DNA of 64,000 nt from Eledone cirrhosa (lineage: Eukaryota), in the NCBI GenBank assembly GCA_964016885.1, contig CAXHJY010000322.1, positions 124,001 through 188,000 on the forward strand. Reading direction: 5' to 3'. Shown here piece after piece: positions 1-11,848 of the stretch (positions are counted from its first letter, which is position 1; every line of letters starts with the position of its first letter). The notes below the pieces were generated by a model. It saw only the letters and a list, made by a program, of their open reading frames with translations, had not been told where the DNA came from and made no database searches. The position numbers were made by a program, and so were the translations under genes.

Positions 1-1
1 T

Positions 2-1402
2 AGTCTCACTATTACATTTGAAAACACCAGTAAAATAGTTAATTTCCTAGATATAACTTTAGACTTATCTACGGGTATCTACCAACCTTACCATAAACCT
101 AACCCAAACTTATATTACATACACTCACAATCCAATCACCCTAGATCTATCCTTAAAAACCTAGCATATAATATCTCATTCAGAATTTCTAACCTTTCAT
201 CTAACCAGGATGTATTCAATAAAAATGCGCCCTCTTATAACGAAGCTTTAGCTAGAAGCGGCCACAAAAACAAATTAGTCTATATACCTTGCACCAATAA
301 TACTTCAAACATACAACCCAATATTACCAACAAACACCAAATGAAAAACACACACCTGAATGCCACTCACACTACACCCAAAAATACCAACCTAGAACTT
401 AATTTCTCTAACTCCTCTAATATACAATATAATAACTTTCAAAAAACCATTCATCCTAACACTCCAATATACGTTAATAACATTACTAACAAAATTCCTA
501 ATAATCAGACTAAAACACCTAAATCGGTGAATCTAACTAAACCTATATATAATAAATTCACTAATACTAACTCTCTTGGTAAACATCCTGATACATCGTA
601 TAAATATAAAAAACATCGAAACCGTAATAGACGACTTACTTGGTATAATGCTCCATTTAATCTACAAATTAAAGATAATATCCCTAAAAAATATTTTACT
701 ATCCTAGCGAAAAACTTCCCGCCAAACCATAAATACCATCACATTTTAAATAGATCAACTGTCAAATTTTCCTACTCCACTACTAAAAATATACAACAAA
801 ATATAAGTGCGTACAACGCATATAAATGTAAAAAACCCACGAATATACCACCAGCACATCAAGCCAACCATAATACTAAAATAAACCGCAACAAACCATA
901 ATCTCCTTCACATATAATAAGTCGAGTAAATTCCACACCAATTTTGACTAACTCCCCTGATATAATATTCACGAATGGTTGTAACTGTAGAAACAAAAGA
1001 AATTGCCCATTAAAGGGAAACTGTCTTATTAATAACATAGTCTATAAATGTAAAATTAGCACTAAGGACTCCACTTATTCATATATAGGAGCTACGGCTA
1101 ACCAATTTAAAGTAAGATTTAATACCCACAAACATAGTTTTAAAAATGCCGCATTAGCTAATACAACATCCTTGGCTGAAACAATTAATCATTATAGAAA
1201 AAAGAATATCGATTACAACCTGACCTGGAGTGTGCTCAAAAGGGCCACCCTTTATCAAAATAACAGATATGAGTGTAATTTATGCTCCCAGGAACTTTTT
1301 GAAATAATGAAATCTAAGGATAACCTATTAAATTATCGACAAGAATTAATATCTTGCAATCATAGAATTAGAAGAACCTTCAAATATTATAAACCTAATT
1401 AA
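2..1402 (+). pseudogene. Penelope-like element ORF, 3' part: RT thumb + linker + GIY-YIG endonuclease (Naiad-like); runs off window start, one in-frame TAA at 899-901
   Basis: Frame from base 2 reads ...IVNFLDITLDL..YQPYHKPN..YIHSQSNHP..ISNLSSN..YNEALARSGH (PLE RT C-terminus). It is in frame with ORFs 341-901 (WYNAPF) and 944-1402 (CNCRNKRNCPLKGNC, IVY..YIG, FKVRFNTH, CNLCSQE, LLN..ELISCNHR). Confidence 0.88.
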
Positions 1403-1441
1403 TATACACCTTACACTTATATTTTACATATTATTATAATT

Positions 1442-1550
1442 AGCCGAGGTTTACTTTGCCTTTCATCCTTACGGGGTCGATAAAATAAAGTACCAGTAAT
1501 GCACTGGGTGTTTGCTGGCCTTGTGCCTAAAGTAGAAACAATTATTATTA
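1442..1550 (+). mobile_element. 5'-truncated tRNA-derived SINE
   Basis: gccgagg..actttgcctttcatccttacggggtcgataaaataaagtaccagtaat..ttgctgg.cttgtgcc.aaagtagaaa is near-identical to the 3' part of the SINE at 24865-25055, with an (ATT)n tail. Confidence 0.8.
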
Positions 1551-1652
1551 TTTTTTTTTAATTTAGTTAACCTATAATTAGTACTTTACTACAGAGAACT
1601 TCATAATTTTATTTCCCTCTTACAGCTCTTTTTTCCTAAAATTAATACCTAA

Positions 1653-1981
1653 AAGTATACATATAAATTAATTTAATTTCCTGTTATGAATCTAGGTTCC
1701 TTGTAGTTTATATAAGATTGGTATTTCTCACTACTACACTTATCCCAAAATTTTATTTTCCTTCGTTTTTAACAACATTCTTTAATAACATCTAATTATT
1801 ATTTATCACATCCATATGAATCAATATAAATGTATCCCTATAAGTATACCTATCAATTAATTTAATTCCTTGTTAGAGATCTAAATTCCTTGTGTTTTAA
1901 ATAAGATTGGTATTTCTCACTAATACCTTTACCCTAAAATTTTACTTTCCTTCGTTTTTAACATCATTCTTTAATAACATC
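1653..1981. repeat. Imperfect direct duplication, period ~189 bp
   Basis: ataagattggtatttctcact at 1712 and 1901; ttccttcgtttttaaca.cattctttaataacatc in both units. Confidence 0.8.
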
Positions 1982-2419
1982 AAATTTTCGTGTACCTCTC
2001 ACCGGCTTGACCTCTTTTCATCCCCAAAGTATTCTTTCCATTCAAAACATAAGTCTGCATTCCTCTACCCCTAAATTAAATTTCTACTACTACTATTCTA
2101 TCAATTTGACCTCTTACTACTTTTCTATTGGTCAATTATTCAAAACCTGTTCCCAAACAGACCTATAATATTAAATCTTTGTTGGTTTTTTCAATAAGCA
2201 TATCTCATTATTTCTGAATACAGTATATATATGTGAAGGTATGTATAGTTCCTCTGATAGTTTGTAATATTTTTACATAGATCTATATGATATACATACC
2301 AACACACATATATATCCTAGAAATGATCGTAAAATGATGAATTTTTAATATAAGGAACTTGTTCTTTGTTTTTATTCATTGTTTTTATTAATTTATATAT
2401 ATACACACACACACATATG

Positions 2420-2454
<35 letters not shown>

Positions 2455-2458
2455 CATA

Positions 2459-2502
<44 letters not shown>

Positions 2503-2618
2503 AATGTAAGTATGTATGTATACGTACATACATATATGTATACAGACGTACAGTAGCATGTATATATATATATGTTCTAGGGAATCGTTTGTCAAGAGCA
2601 TTAAAAAATAGTTTAGCG

Positions 2619-3324
2619 ATGAAAAGAAATAGAACTAGAAACATAATTTGGTTTGCCCCCCCCCCCCCCTTCTCAATAAGCATTAAAACCCACATCGCTA
2701 AACTATTTTTTAATGCTCTTGACAAACGATTCCCTAGAACACATAAGTATCACTCAATTTTCAATAGACATACTATAAAATTAACCTACTCGTCCACCAA
2801 AAATTTAGCACAAAATATTAATAGAATAAATAATAGGAATCTAAAACCTAGCCAAAATACCGATGATAGCATAAACAATATTCAAGTAAACAAATGTAAC
2901 TGTAGAGATAGATCTAAATGCCCGTTAAATAACAATTGCTTAGTTAAAAATATAATATACAACTGTAATGTTAAAACTGACTTAAATTCTTTTTAATTAT
3001 GTTGGTTCCACCTCGACTGAGTTTAAACTTCGCTATAATAATCACAAGAATTCTTTCACGGATCCAAACAAAAAATCCTCAACATCACTATCAGGCTTAC
3101 TCTGGCAACTTAAACATGATAACGTTGGATATTCGACGGTTTGGAATATAGTCTCAAGAGGGATTCCTTTTAACTCCTCCTCTGAGACATGTGACCTCTG
3201 CGCGGAGGAGATATTCTTTATACTAAAATCTAAAAATTCCCTTAATTTACGGACCAATTTATTTAGTTGCTGCAGACATAGATTGAACTCAACTTTTCAA
3301 TATAAATATAAATTTAAAATGTAG
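2619..3324 (+). pseudogene. PLE linker + GIY-YIG endonuclease remnant (frameshift near 2993)
   Basis: RNIIWF..PF, CNCRDRSKCPLNNNC, IIY; after the shift NYVGST..FKLRYNNHK..CDLCAEE..LNLRTNLFSCCRHR, stop at 3322-3324. Confidence 0.85.
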
Positions 3325-4647
3325 TATATTTACTTAAGACTTTTAATTATTTTAGAAAACTTGGCGATAAATCTTTCGATTCTTTCAATTCTTTAAACCT
3401 TCTTCATGAGTATATAATTAATAATGTAATTAAACTACCTTAAAATAGTGATGATCCAAATCTATTGAATAAAATTTTTAAGCTAGATAAACTTTTATAA
3501 TAAATATAAGAGCATCTGTAGAACAACCGGGTATCCTAAGGTTTTTTTTTTATAATTTCTGCTAAATAAGGTTGGTGAATAATTTTGGTCTTGTTTGCTT
3601 TTGATTCTGATTACTTTTAATAAACTTGGCAATATTGTCAAATAAATTGGAAGGATTGATTGATATGCTGGGCACACTGTGTTTTACGGCCCTAGATATT
3701 CTGGGGAGGAAAATATTCTTGGCGTTTTTTATATTTTAATATATTGATATCTGTTCTATTCTATGCTTGAACGATAATCATGTAAGAAAGGGCAAGAATA
3801 TTATTATTATTAATAATGTATATTTTATGTATATATATATGTATGTACACATATATGTATGGTACATTCTTTTTTAACGCAATGAAGATTTTCATGTGAA
3901 ATAAAAATTTACAGAGCTGATCATGTAAACTCACATGTGTCTATAATGTCAATTTGAGATAACCTTCTCTTTTTCTTTCTCTTTTCTCTTTTTACATGAA
4001 AATACATATATACTTATGTATTTCAGTATTTTTTGAAGTTTTATCTCAGATTTTGATTGTAAACCTATGAATTTTTAAACTAAACATATAGTCATTATTT
4101 TTTCACACATTATTGATATGTCTCATTCATGAATATTGATGTTTACATTATAATTCATAGGAATTGATAGACTGATGAAACATAATATTTTAAAACTATC
4201 ATTTTTGTTTCTAAGTATATCTCCTCTCCTACTCCCTCTACTCTTATATCGGCTGTTTTAACTCTATCTCCTGTACATCACCCCTCCCCTATCTCTCCCA
4301 CCTCGTATAATAGATATTACTCGATCTACCTCTCCTTATTTATTTTTGTTTTTATTTCTCCCCGTATCCTTAACACTAAATAAATAAATAAATAAATAAA
4401 TAATTACAGTACCCCCTTCCCTCATTAATCTCTCATTTGGTGGTTTTCTCTTTACATACATTTCTTCATCTTCTTCACTTTCCGCTCTTTCTTTTTCTTT
4501 TCTCCTTCTTTTTCTTTTTTCTTTTTCTTTTTCTCCGTCTTTCTTTCTAACCGTCCTTAACATTTTCACTACCATAACAACTTTTTAAATGGAAGTTGTA
4601 AAATTCTAAGGTATGTCAAATTTATTTATAAAACTGTTTATATATTG

Positions 4648-4713
4648 TATTTTATCTGAAGAGGGCATACCATATTTTTAATATGATATCCCTGAAATAT
4701 ATATAATGAAATA
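4648..4713 (+). ncRNA. Minimal type I hammerhead ribozyme in PLE 3' pseudo-LTR
   Basis: Stem I tattttat/atgaaata; CTGAAGA 4656-4662; stem II gggcataccatatt/aatatgatatccct (12 of 14 pairs); GAAA 4694-4697; palindromic TATATA stem III; AUA cleavage triplet 4703-4705. Confidence 0.75.
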
Positions 4714-4840
4714 AATATGGTTTTATAAATGTAGTTTCCATTTGTTTTATATCGTAAAATACTCCAAAACCTGTTGAGTGCTTTTATATCAGTTATAAAA
4801 TATTTACTCGTTGTAACCCAACAATTTTAAATAAAACTTT

Positions 4841-4885
<45 letters not shown>

Positions 4886-4888
<3 letters not shown>

Positions 4889-5250
4889 CACACATATATA
4901 TATGCACGTATAAGTTTACCGAACATTTATTATAATGTTCGCTTTGTTCGTTTGTAAACAAACGAATAGCCTGATTTACGCCGTACAGTGTTTAGGCAAC
5001 CACGTCACCTTTTTGTTCAACACTGACACAGGAACGATGTACTAGTTTCAAGCTTGTTAGCTATCGTCAGCACCGTATACCTTTCTGCCAGATGGTTGAA
5101 CGTCCGAAAGTATATACTTTCCTTATGAAAATTAACGGCTGAGCAGCCTAATTTGCATATCGAGTGAGTTCAGTCGGCCAGGCGCACCGAAAACGATAAA
5201 TGGAATAGAATGAAACGAAATTTCATTTCTCACTCTTAGTACGGCACTTA
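4886..5250. repeat. Unclassified non-coding repeat, second copy at 55465-55714
   Basis: Near-identical ggcacacatatatatatgcacgtataagtttaccgaac...ctttctgcc in both places; contains several short dyads. Confidence 0.8.
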
Positions 5251-5258
5251 CTTAAATG

Positions 5259-5650
5259 TACCACTACCACTACCTCCCGTACCACCACCGCAACCACCAC
5301 CACTACATCCACCACCACCACTACCTACAGTAACACCACTACCACCACTAGCACCACCACCACTACCATCACCTCAAGTACCACCACTACCACCACTACC
5401 ACCACCACCAATACCATCACCTCCAGTACCACCACTACCACCACCACCACCTCCAGCACCACCAGTACCACCACCACCACTACCACCACCTCTAGTACCA
5501 CCACTACCATCAACAACATCAACACCTCCACTACCACTACCACCACCAACACTACCTCCACTACCATCAACAACATCAACACCACAGAAGAAATATGATC
5601 CAACACAACAACTATTACCATCAAACACCGGCTCCACCACCACCACCACC
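5259..5650. repeat. Degenerate (ACC/ACT)n trinucleotide repeat
   Basis: Direct reading; explains the Val/Gly-rich spurious ORFs. Confidence 0.9.
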
Positions 5651-5918
5651 ACAGACCAAATACCATCAAATGCAGAGGCCCGTCGTATCTATCTATCTAT
5701 CTATCTCATATAGTATAGACGTGTATAACATCGGCTCCTGCCTTTTTGAATTTTTACCCATTGACAGTAAGTGTTTGTCTCTTTATTGTGTTGTCTTCGT
5801 GCCTTTTAACCACCCGGCTAGGTCTGTAGACGGGTGGTCATCGTATTTTTACCCCTTTTGGGGGGTAAAAACTACTCCAAAAAATGTTTGCTGATTCACA
5901 TGGTAAAAAATTGACGCC

Positions 5919-7723
5919 ATGTCTGCAGCACGTGTGGACGATAACGCCACGCTCACTAAGGAAGAAGAGAGAAAGAAGCAAGCGGTACAAAGCGTTTTGC
6001 TTTCTCGCGCCAACGTTGTAAAAGACTTGGTAAAAGGCGATATGCCAGACAAACAATTAAATACGGGTGCAAACCCAATTTATTACAACTCAAACATAAA
6101 CAATGACAAAACCAACACACCAAACGAGAAAGACAACAACAACAAAAATGAAAACAATTCAAATTACGAGAAACAAAACAATTCAAACACCAACAATGAA
6201 AACAAAATAACTTTTGCACAATCTGCTAAAATATCGGTCACATATGTGCTTGAGGATATATCAAATGCCAAAGAAATGCTTGAAAAAGCAAAAAAATATG
6301 TATTGTTTGGCGAAAATGGATCTTTTTCCATCAATTCGCCCCCAGAACTAAAAAAACAGACGGAATTACGAACTGTTGTATTCCGTACAATTGCAAACAA
6401 AACAAAAAAACCAGCACAACCATCTCAAGCTGAAATTCAGTTAGTACTGAAAGAAGCTATGAAAGACATTATTTTCATACAAAAGGATAAACTCTATGGG
6501 AGTTTATCCATATTGATGAAAGACGAATTGGCGGCAAAAAAATACTCTGTGTCGCCAATTCGTTCCACACACTACACCTTTTTCCCCACCTACATGGGTA
6601 AAAGAACCCAAAGAATATGGATAACCACCATCACCCCAAACAAACTACTGGTGGTTACTAACCGGTTTCCTCAACTTAGACGAGGACAACCTTATATCAA
6701 TAGGGAAGGCATCCGGCGACGCGTTCAGTGGAACGAGTATTGAAGTTCTGACCCAAATAAGGCCAGAACGTATCGGCTAAATCCCTGAGCGCGTCATGCT
6801 GGATGACTGTACCCACCTCAACATTATTGTGGAGGGTAGGCGTCCCTCCTGTTACCTATGTGACAATAGAGGTCACCTGAGGGCTGCCTGTCCCCAGCTC
6901 ACACCGAAAAAAACCATTGCTACCAACACCCCAACAACCAACACCAACACCACCCCAACAACAACAACAAAAACAACAACAACAACAGCAACAAAAACCA
7001 ACACCACCACAACCACAACAACAGCAACAACAGACACGTGAAAAAACAACACAGAACACTGTCCCACCCAATCCCTCCCCACCCAAAACAAATACAAAAA
7101 CACACACACCGCAAACACTACCAGAAAATATACCCCTCCCACCCAACAAGGAAGACGAACCCCTTTCGTCGCAAGACGAAAAAGATCCCTTCCAAATAGT
7201 AAAAAGAAAGAAGAGGAGGCGCACCACAGACACACTTATTATCATTAACCCTCCCCAAGAGAAAACAAACTATATACAAACCACCCCTCCCTGTCACACA
7301 ACACTAACTGCTACGCAAAAAAAGACTTTACAATATACATACAAGAACACAGACAACAAAGAACTAATGAACACAATTTCGTCAAACCCTTCGGTCCAAA
7401 CTGAAGGGCCTAACTTTCTAACTGCTGTGGGACTACCTCATTTACAAATGATTAAAGTCCCAATGAACTTATACAAAACGTTGAAAATAAATTTCACGGA
7501 GGACGTGTCCCCCCCCCCCCCGCCCCCCTGCTCCAAGCCAATCAACCGCGTCCTCCTAAAACATGTCCCCACCCCCCACCCAGACAACCACTCAACCACA
7601 AACACACCAACCCCACAACACACTGATGCCCCTACACTTCCACAAACCACCACCCCACCCAACAACCCATCCCCAACCCTCATGGAAATTGAGCGGCCCG
7701 CTCCCCGGGACGCAGAGAGGTAA
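5919..7723 (+). pseudogene. Copy A ORF1 (gag-like, CCHC zinc knuckle, Pro/Thr/Gln-rich C-half), disrupted
   Basis: Split over ORFs 5919-6743, 6796-7041 and 6917-7723; CYLCDNRGHLRAAC; homologous to ORF1 of copies B and G. Confidence 0.85.
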
Positions 7724-7747
7724 GTGCCTTTTCTCCTTACCACCAAC

Positions 7748-10700
7748 ATGGTTGTGCTGAGAGTAGGGTGTCTAAATTCCCGTGGCCTGGGCTCATCTTG
7801 GAAGCAAGCAATGCTTCTAAATGACCTCAGGGCACGATCTATAAATGTGATGGTTATCTGCGAGGCCCGGATCAGCAGCATGCGACAGCTAGCCCCCACC
7901 TTTGATGACTTTGAGATGCACGCATCTCTCTGTCAGCCCGGAGGTGGGGGTGGGGTTGTCGTTCTGCTGCAAAAACATCTGGGTCTCGCCACACAGATAG
8001 TTCACTTGTACCCGGGGGGTCGACTGGTGGTGCTGGACCTTGGCAGTCGTGAAGGTGGAGCCTTTAGGCTGGTAGCCGCATATGCCCCTTTTGGGACAGA
8101 GCGGCCCGACTTTTTCCAGCGTCTGGAGTCTTTTCTAGGGACGTCCCGTTCCCTGATTTTAGTGGGGGACTAGAATGGTATCCTGGATGCACGTTGGGAC
8201 TATGCAGGGGCATGTCCTGATAGAGAGGAGTGCAACAGCCTCAAGGGGTTACTCGGCCGATTTGACCTGGCCGATAGATTTCGACTAGATTTTCCGACGG
8301 TGCCAACCTGGTCTTGGTCAAATCGCAGCGGTCAATCTAGATCGTACCCAGATAGGTTCTTAGTTAGAAATAAGGACAGGGACTTTTTAAGTTGTCCAGA
8401 AATGCTCATGGTTGGCTATTCAGACCACAAGTTGGTGACCTGCCTGGTCAACCTTGATAGAACGCATAGACAGGGCCCCGGTTACTGGAAGCTGAACTTG
8501 TCCTTACCGGCAAGTAAGGCTTACAGGGACCGGATTAGTACGTTAGTTAAGGAGCGGTTGACTGGAGCGATCGTCAACAGCAGGTGGTGGGTATCTCTAA
8601 AGAGAGAGATTAGAGTAGTTTCGATAGAATTTAGTAAGGTTCTAGCTGCGGATAGGAATAGGAAGGAAAGGGAGCTAATAGATAGAGTAGAAGAGGCAAT
8701 TAGAAGCGGCGGCGTGGCCAGAGTGCTAGCGTCGAGAACGGCTTTGAGCCAGTTTTTCGACGCGAAGCACGAAGGCTGCGTGTCCGAAGTAAAATACGTG
8801 CTCTAGAGAACGAGGGGACCAAAGCTGTTAGCTGGGCCCGCGTGACAGAAGCCAAGAGTGGAACTAAATCCACCATCCGGTCTTTGCGAGACCAGGATGG
8901 ACGGGCGATCCTTGAACCTAAGCAGATGTGTGAGGCCTTTCAAAGGCACTTTTCCCGACTGTTCGGAAGGAGCGGGGAGCCGGTTGGGGATGTGGACTTC
9001 GGTCCATACCTCGACGGCCTGCCGCGTCTCTCGGACAGGGAGGCGAAGTCCTGCGAGGAGCCGATTTCAGCCGCTGAGATAGAGGACGTGATGAGCCAAT
9101 GCGGCAAACGCAAATCCCCGGGTCTCGATGGTCTTCCATACGAACTATATCTAGCTATGCCGGACTTGTTCCCCGAACTCCTCGAGGCGGTCTACTGCAA
9201 CTAGCAACAGAACGGGAGAATTCCCTGTGCTGTGACCAAGGGCGTAGTCACGCTAGTGAGGAAGGACGAGAACAAGGGGGACGAAATAAGTAACTTCAGG
9301 CCCATAACTCTGCTAAATATAGAGTTACAGATTTTGGCCAAGGTGCTAACAAAGAGGTTGGCGCTTGTCGTGGGCAACCTGGTGGGACATGCGCAGACAT
9401 GTGCTATCCCGTCCAGGTCCATCCATGACAACCTCCACCTCGTGCGATACATCATTGAGAGGGTTGGGAACGAACCCGTCTTTGGTGGGGCTCTGATCAA
9501 CTTGGATCAATCTAAGGCGTTCGATAGGGTCGACCATGGTTACCTGGATGCGGTGCTAGCGGCGGCAGGTTTCGGACCTGTTTTCAGGGGCTGGATCACT
9601 GCTATGCACAGCAGCTGCATCTGCTCTAGAGTCAAGGTGAACGGCTACCTCTCGGAGCCGTTCGAAATCGCACGGTCAATCCGACAAGGGTGCCCTCTCT
9701 CCTCCCTTCTGTATGTATTGACTCTCAAGCCACTACTGCGGAAGTTGGAGTTGTTGCAGGGCATCCCTTTGGAACCGGGATTGCGGAAAGCGGTGTCGGC
9801 CTACGCCGATGACGTGACAGTAATGGTGTCGACGGCCTCCGAAATCGGGGACCCGACACCTTACTGGAGGAGTACGAAAGGTTCACAGGGGCTATGCTGA
9901 ACCGGGACAAGTCGATCGGTTTGCAACTCGGCACGTGGAGGGGAAAACCGATGCCCTCCGATGGCGTCGTCGGACGCTGGACGGAGAACCCGGTGAAGTT
10001 GCTCGGGGTCTGGTTCGGACCAGACCTCCAGGTGGAGAAGAACTGGGCTGAGGTTACGAACAGGGTGTTTGTACTGACCCAGAAGTGGGCCAGTTGCAAA
10101 CTATCCCTGAAAGGTCGGGCGGAGGTGGCGAACACCTATATAGCCTCCGTCATTTACTACCGCCTGACCGTCGTGCCTTGCCCAAGGGAAACCCTCGCCA
10201 AGATGGAGCGCGCACTCTTCCAATTCCTTTGGAAGAAGCAGGCTCCTTTGGTGAGGAGATCCATCTGCTGTCAACACCCTTCGAAAGGAGGGCTGGGGAT
10301 GCCGTGGCTAATGATGCGTAAACACGCATTAAGGCTACGGCACCTCCACGTATTCCTCACCGGTCAACCGGTGTGGGTCTCGTTTGTGAGACGAATCTTT
10401 CCCAGACTCGTCTCACTCACCGAGTTGCAATCCTGGGTCAAGTAAAGACCGAGAAAACTGGGCTCCTGGCACACTGAGTGTGCCCAGGCGCTCACCGCCC
10501 TCTGGCAGGCGGACCCGGTTATCAGTGGAGACTCCACCGCAACATTATATAGAGGGCTGGTACGCAGCAGGGGCGACGACGCCCTCAGAAAGCCCTAGAC
10601 ATGGAGGAAGACGAACTGGCCAGCCTGTTCGGTAGGACATTCAGCCCGGGACCTATGGACAGCTTCCAGAAGTCCCTGGCCTGGCAGTGCTACCGAGGGG

Positions 10701-11182
10701 CTCTACCCGTTCGAGAAAAGCTCTACAGACACGGGCGCCCGGGTAGGGACCCCGCCAAAAAGATCTGTCTCAGATGCGTGTGCGACGAGGAAACCGTTGC
10801 ACACACATTGGTACACTGCTCGGGCGTAGCCGATCTGTGGGGCTATGTCGAACAACTGCTGTCAAGGGTGGGACCGATCCGGTTGACCACCGAGTCTATT
10901 GTAATGATCAAGCCGCTTCCCCCCTTTAAAAATGAAGGAGAGGCGGTGTTTCTGTGCGTAATAGCCATGGTGAAAGAGGTTGTATGGTGGACGCGTCTGA
11001 AAGGACTGAGGTCAGGCACCTTTCTCTCTGGCCAACAACTGGTCCGTTTCTTCCGATATCATTTCGGAAGAAGGATCAGGATGGAGAGAGAGGTGCTCCA
11101 CCCCGGTCGTTTTTATGAAAGGTGTGTGAAAGTGGCGAGAATGGCCCGTGTGAATGGGCCTTCTCTTTACTTCAGCCTGTAG
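7748..11182 (+). pseudogene. Copy A ORF2: AP-endonuclease + reverse transcriptase + C-terminal zinc finger, multiple stops/frameshifts
   Basis: LNSRGL, E, GD, DRF, SDH (APE); SPGLDG, FRPITLLN, LDQSKAFDRV, RQGCPLS, YADD (RT); CLRC..ETVAHTLVHC. Confidence 0.92.
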
Positions 11183-11413
11183 GTGGAAAAGAGGAAGGAA
11201 CGAGGGAGCACCCTCTCTCTGTGCTCCCGAGGAGAAGGGGTTGCACACTTTTTTCGGGGGTGTGTGGGATCCCCCAAACGCCCCCTCCCTATTGAGGACT
11301 TTATTGTTAATTTTATATTTGTTATTTGTTTTCTTTGCTCGCCTTTTTGTGTAAACTTCCACAATTGTACTTGTCACACTTTTTGATGCCCTGGTGGCAA
11401 ATAAAAATAAACA

Positions 11414-11470
<57 letters not shown>

Positions 11471-11848
11471 CGAAAATTTTATTTAAAAAATTTGTTTTAA
11501 AATATCAGATTTTACAAAGTAAAAAACTTGAGCAACACTAGAACATGGAGAACGTTAATAGAGAAAAGAGAGAGAAAGAGGCAGATATTAACGTTATATC
11601 TGCTCCTGCTGCTATGGACGTCGCCATAGATACAACTGTCACAAAAGAAAAAATATATCAACATTTGAAAATTTTACAATTTCTACCGCCACAGCGGAGA
11701 GAATAACACACAGGAAAACACAGCAAAAAAACCCATTGACATACATACACATGAAAAAGACATCAACAACTCTACAGATACATCTACACATAATGTTTCC
11801 AACAACGATAACATCATCATCAACAACAACACCACACAAAAAAAGAAA

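Larger units (their letters stand above)
1..2395 (+). mobile_element. Penelope-like retroelement 1 (ORF end + ~1 kb 3' region), ending at (TA)n
   Basis: PLE ORF followed by an AT-rich 3' region up to the TA/CA microsatellite at ~2395. The 3' boundary is approximate. Confidence 0.65.
2573..4842 (+). mobile_element. 5'-truncated Penelope-like element 2 inserted in (TA)n
   Basis: PLE linker/EN coding remnant, 5' inverted segment, pyrimidine-rich 3' region and a hammerhead. The flanks are contiguous in the empty-site paralogue at 55381-55500. Confidence 0.8.
5707..11412 (+). mobile_element. Tx1/L1-clade non-LTR retrotransposon copy A, apparently full length, degenerate
   Basis: 5' UTR, ORF1, ORF2 (APE-RT-CCHC) and a 3' UTR ending GTGGCAAATAAAAATAAAC; flanked by (TATC)n at 5686-5706 and 11413-11470. 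Confidence 0.92.

Noticed and set aside
899-901. Selenocysteine readthrough in the PLE ORF
   Set aside because: The in-frame stop is TAA, not TGA, and is not at a Cys position.
4172-4225. Second hammerhead (CTGATGA)
   Set aside because: A possible stem II is followed by TAAG rather than GAAA, and stem I is unconvincing.
5151-5158. Octamer ATTTGCAT as an snRNA gene enhancer
   Set aside because: No snRNA sequence is recognisable nearby; a single 8-mer is expected by chance.
5325-5894. Val-, Gly- or Pro-rich proteins
   Set aside because: Translations of the (ACC)n repeat.
7721-7750. ORF1-ORF2 stop-codon readthrough
   Set aside because: In frame only in copy A; B and G have different spacer phases.
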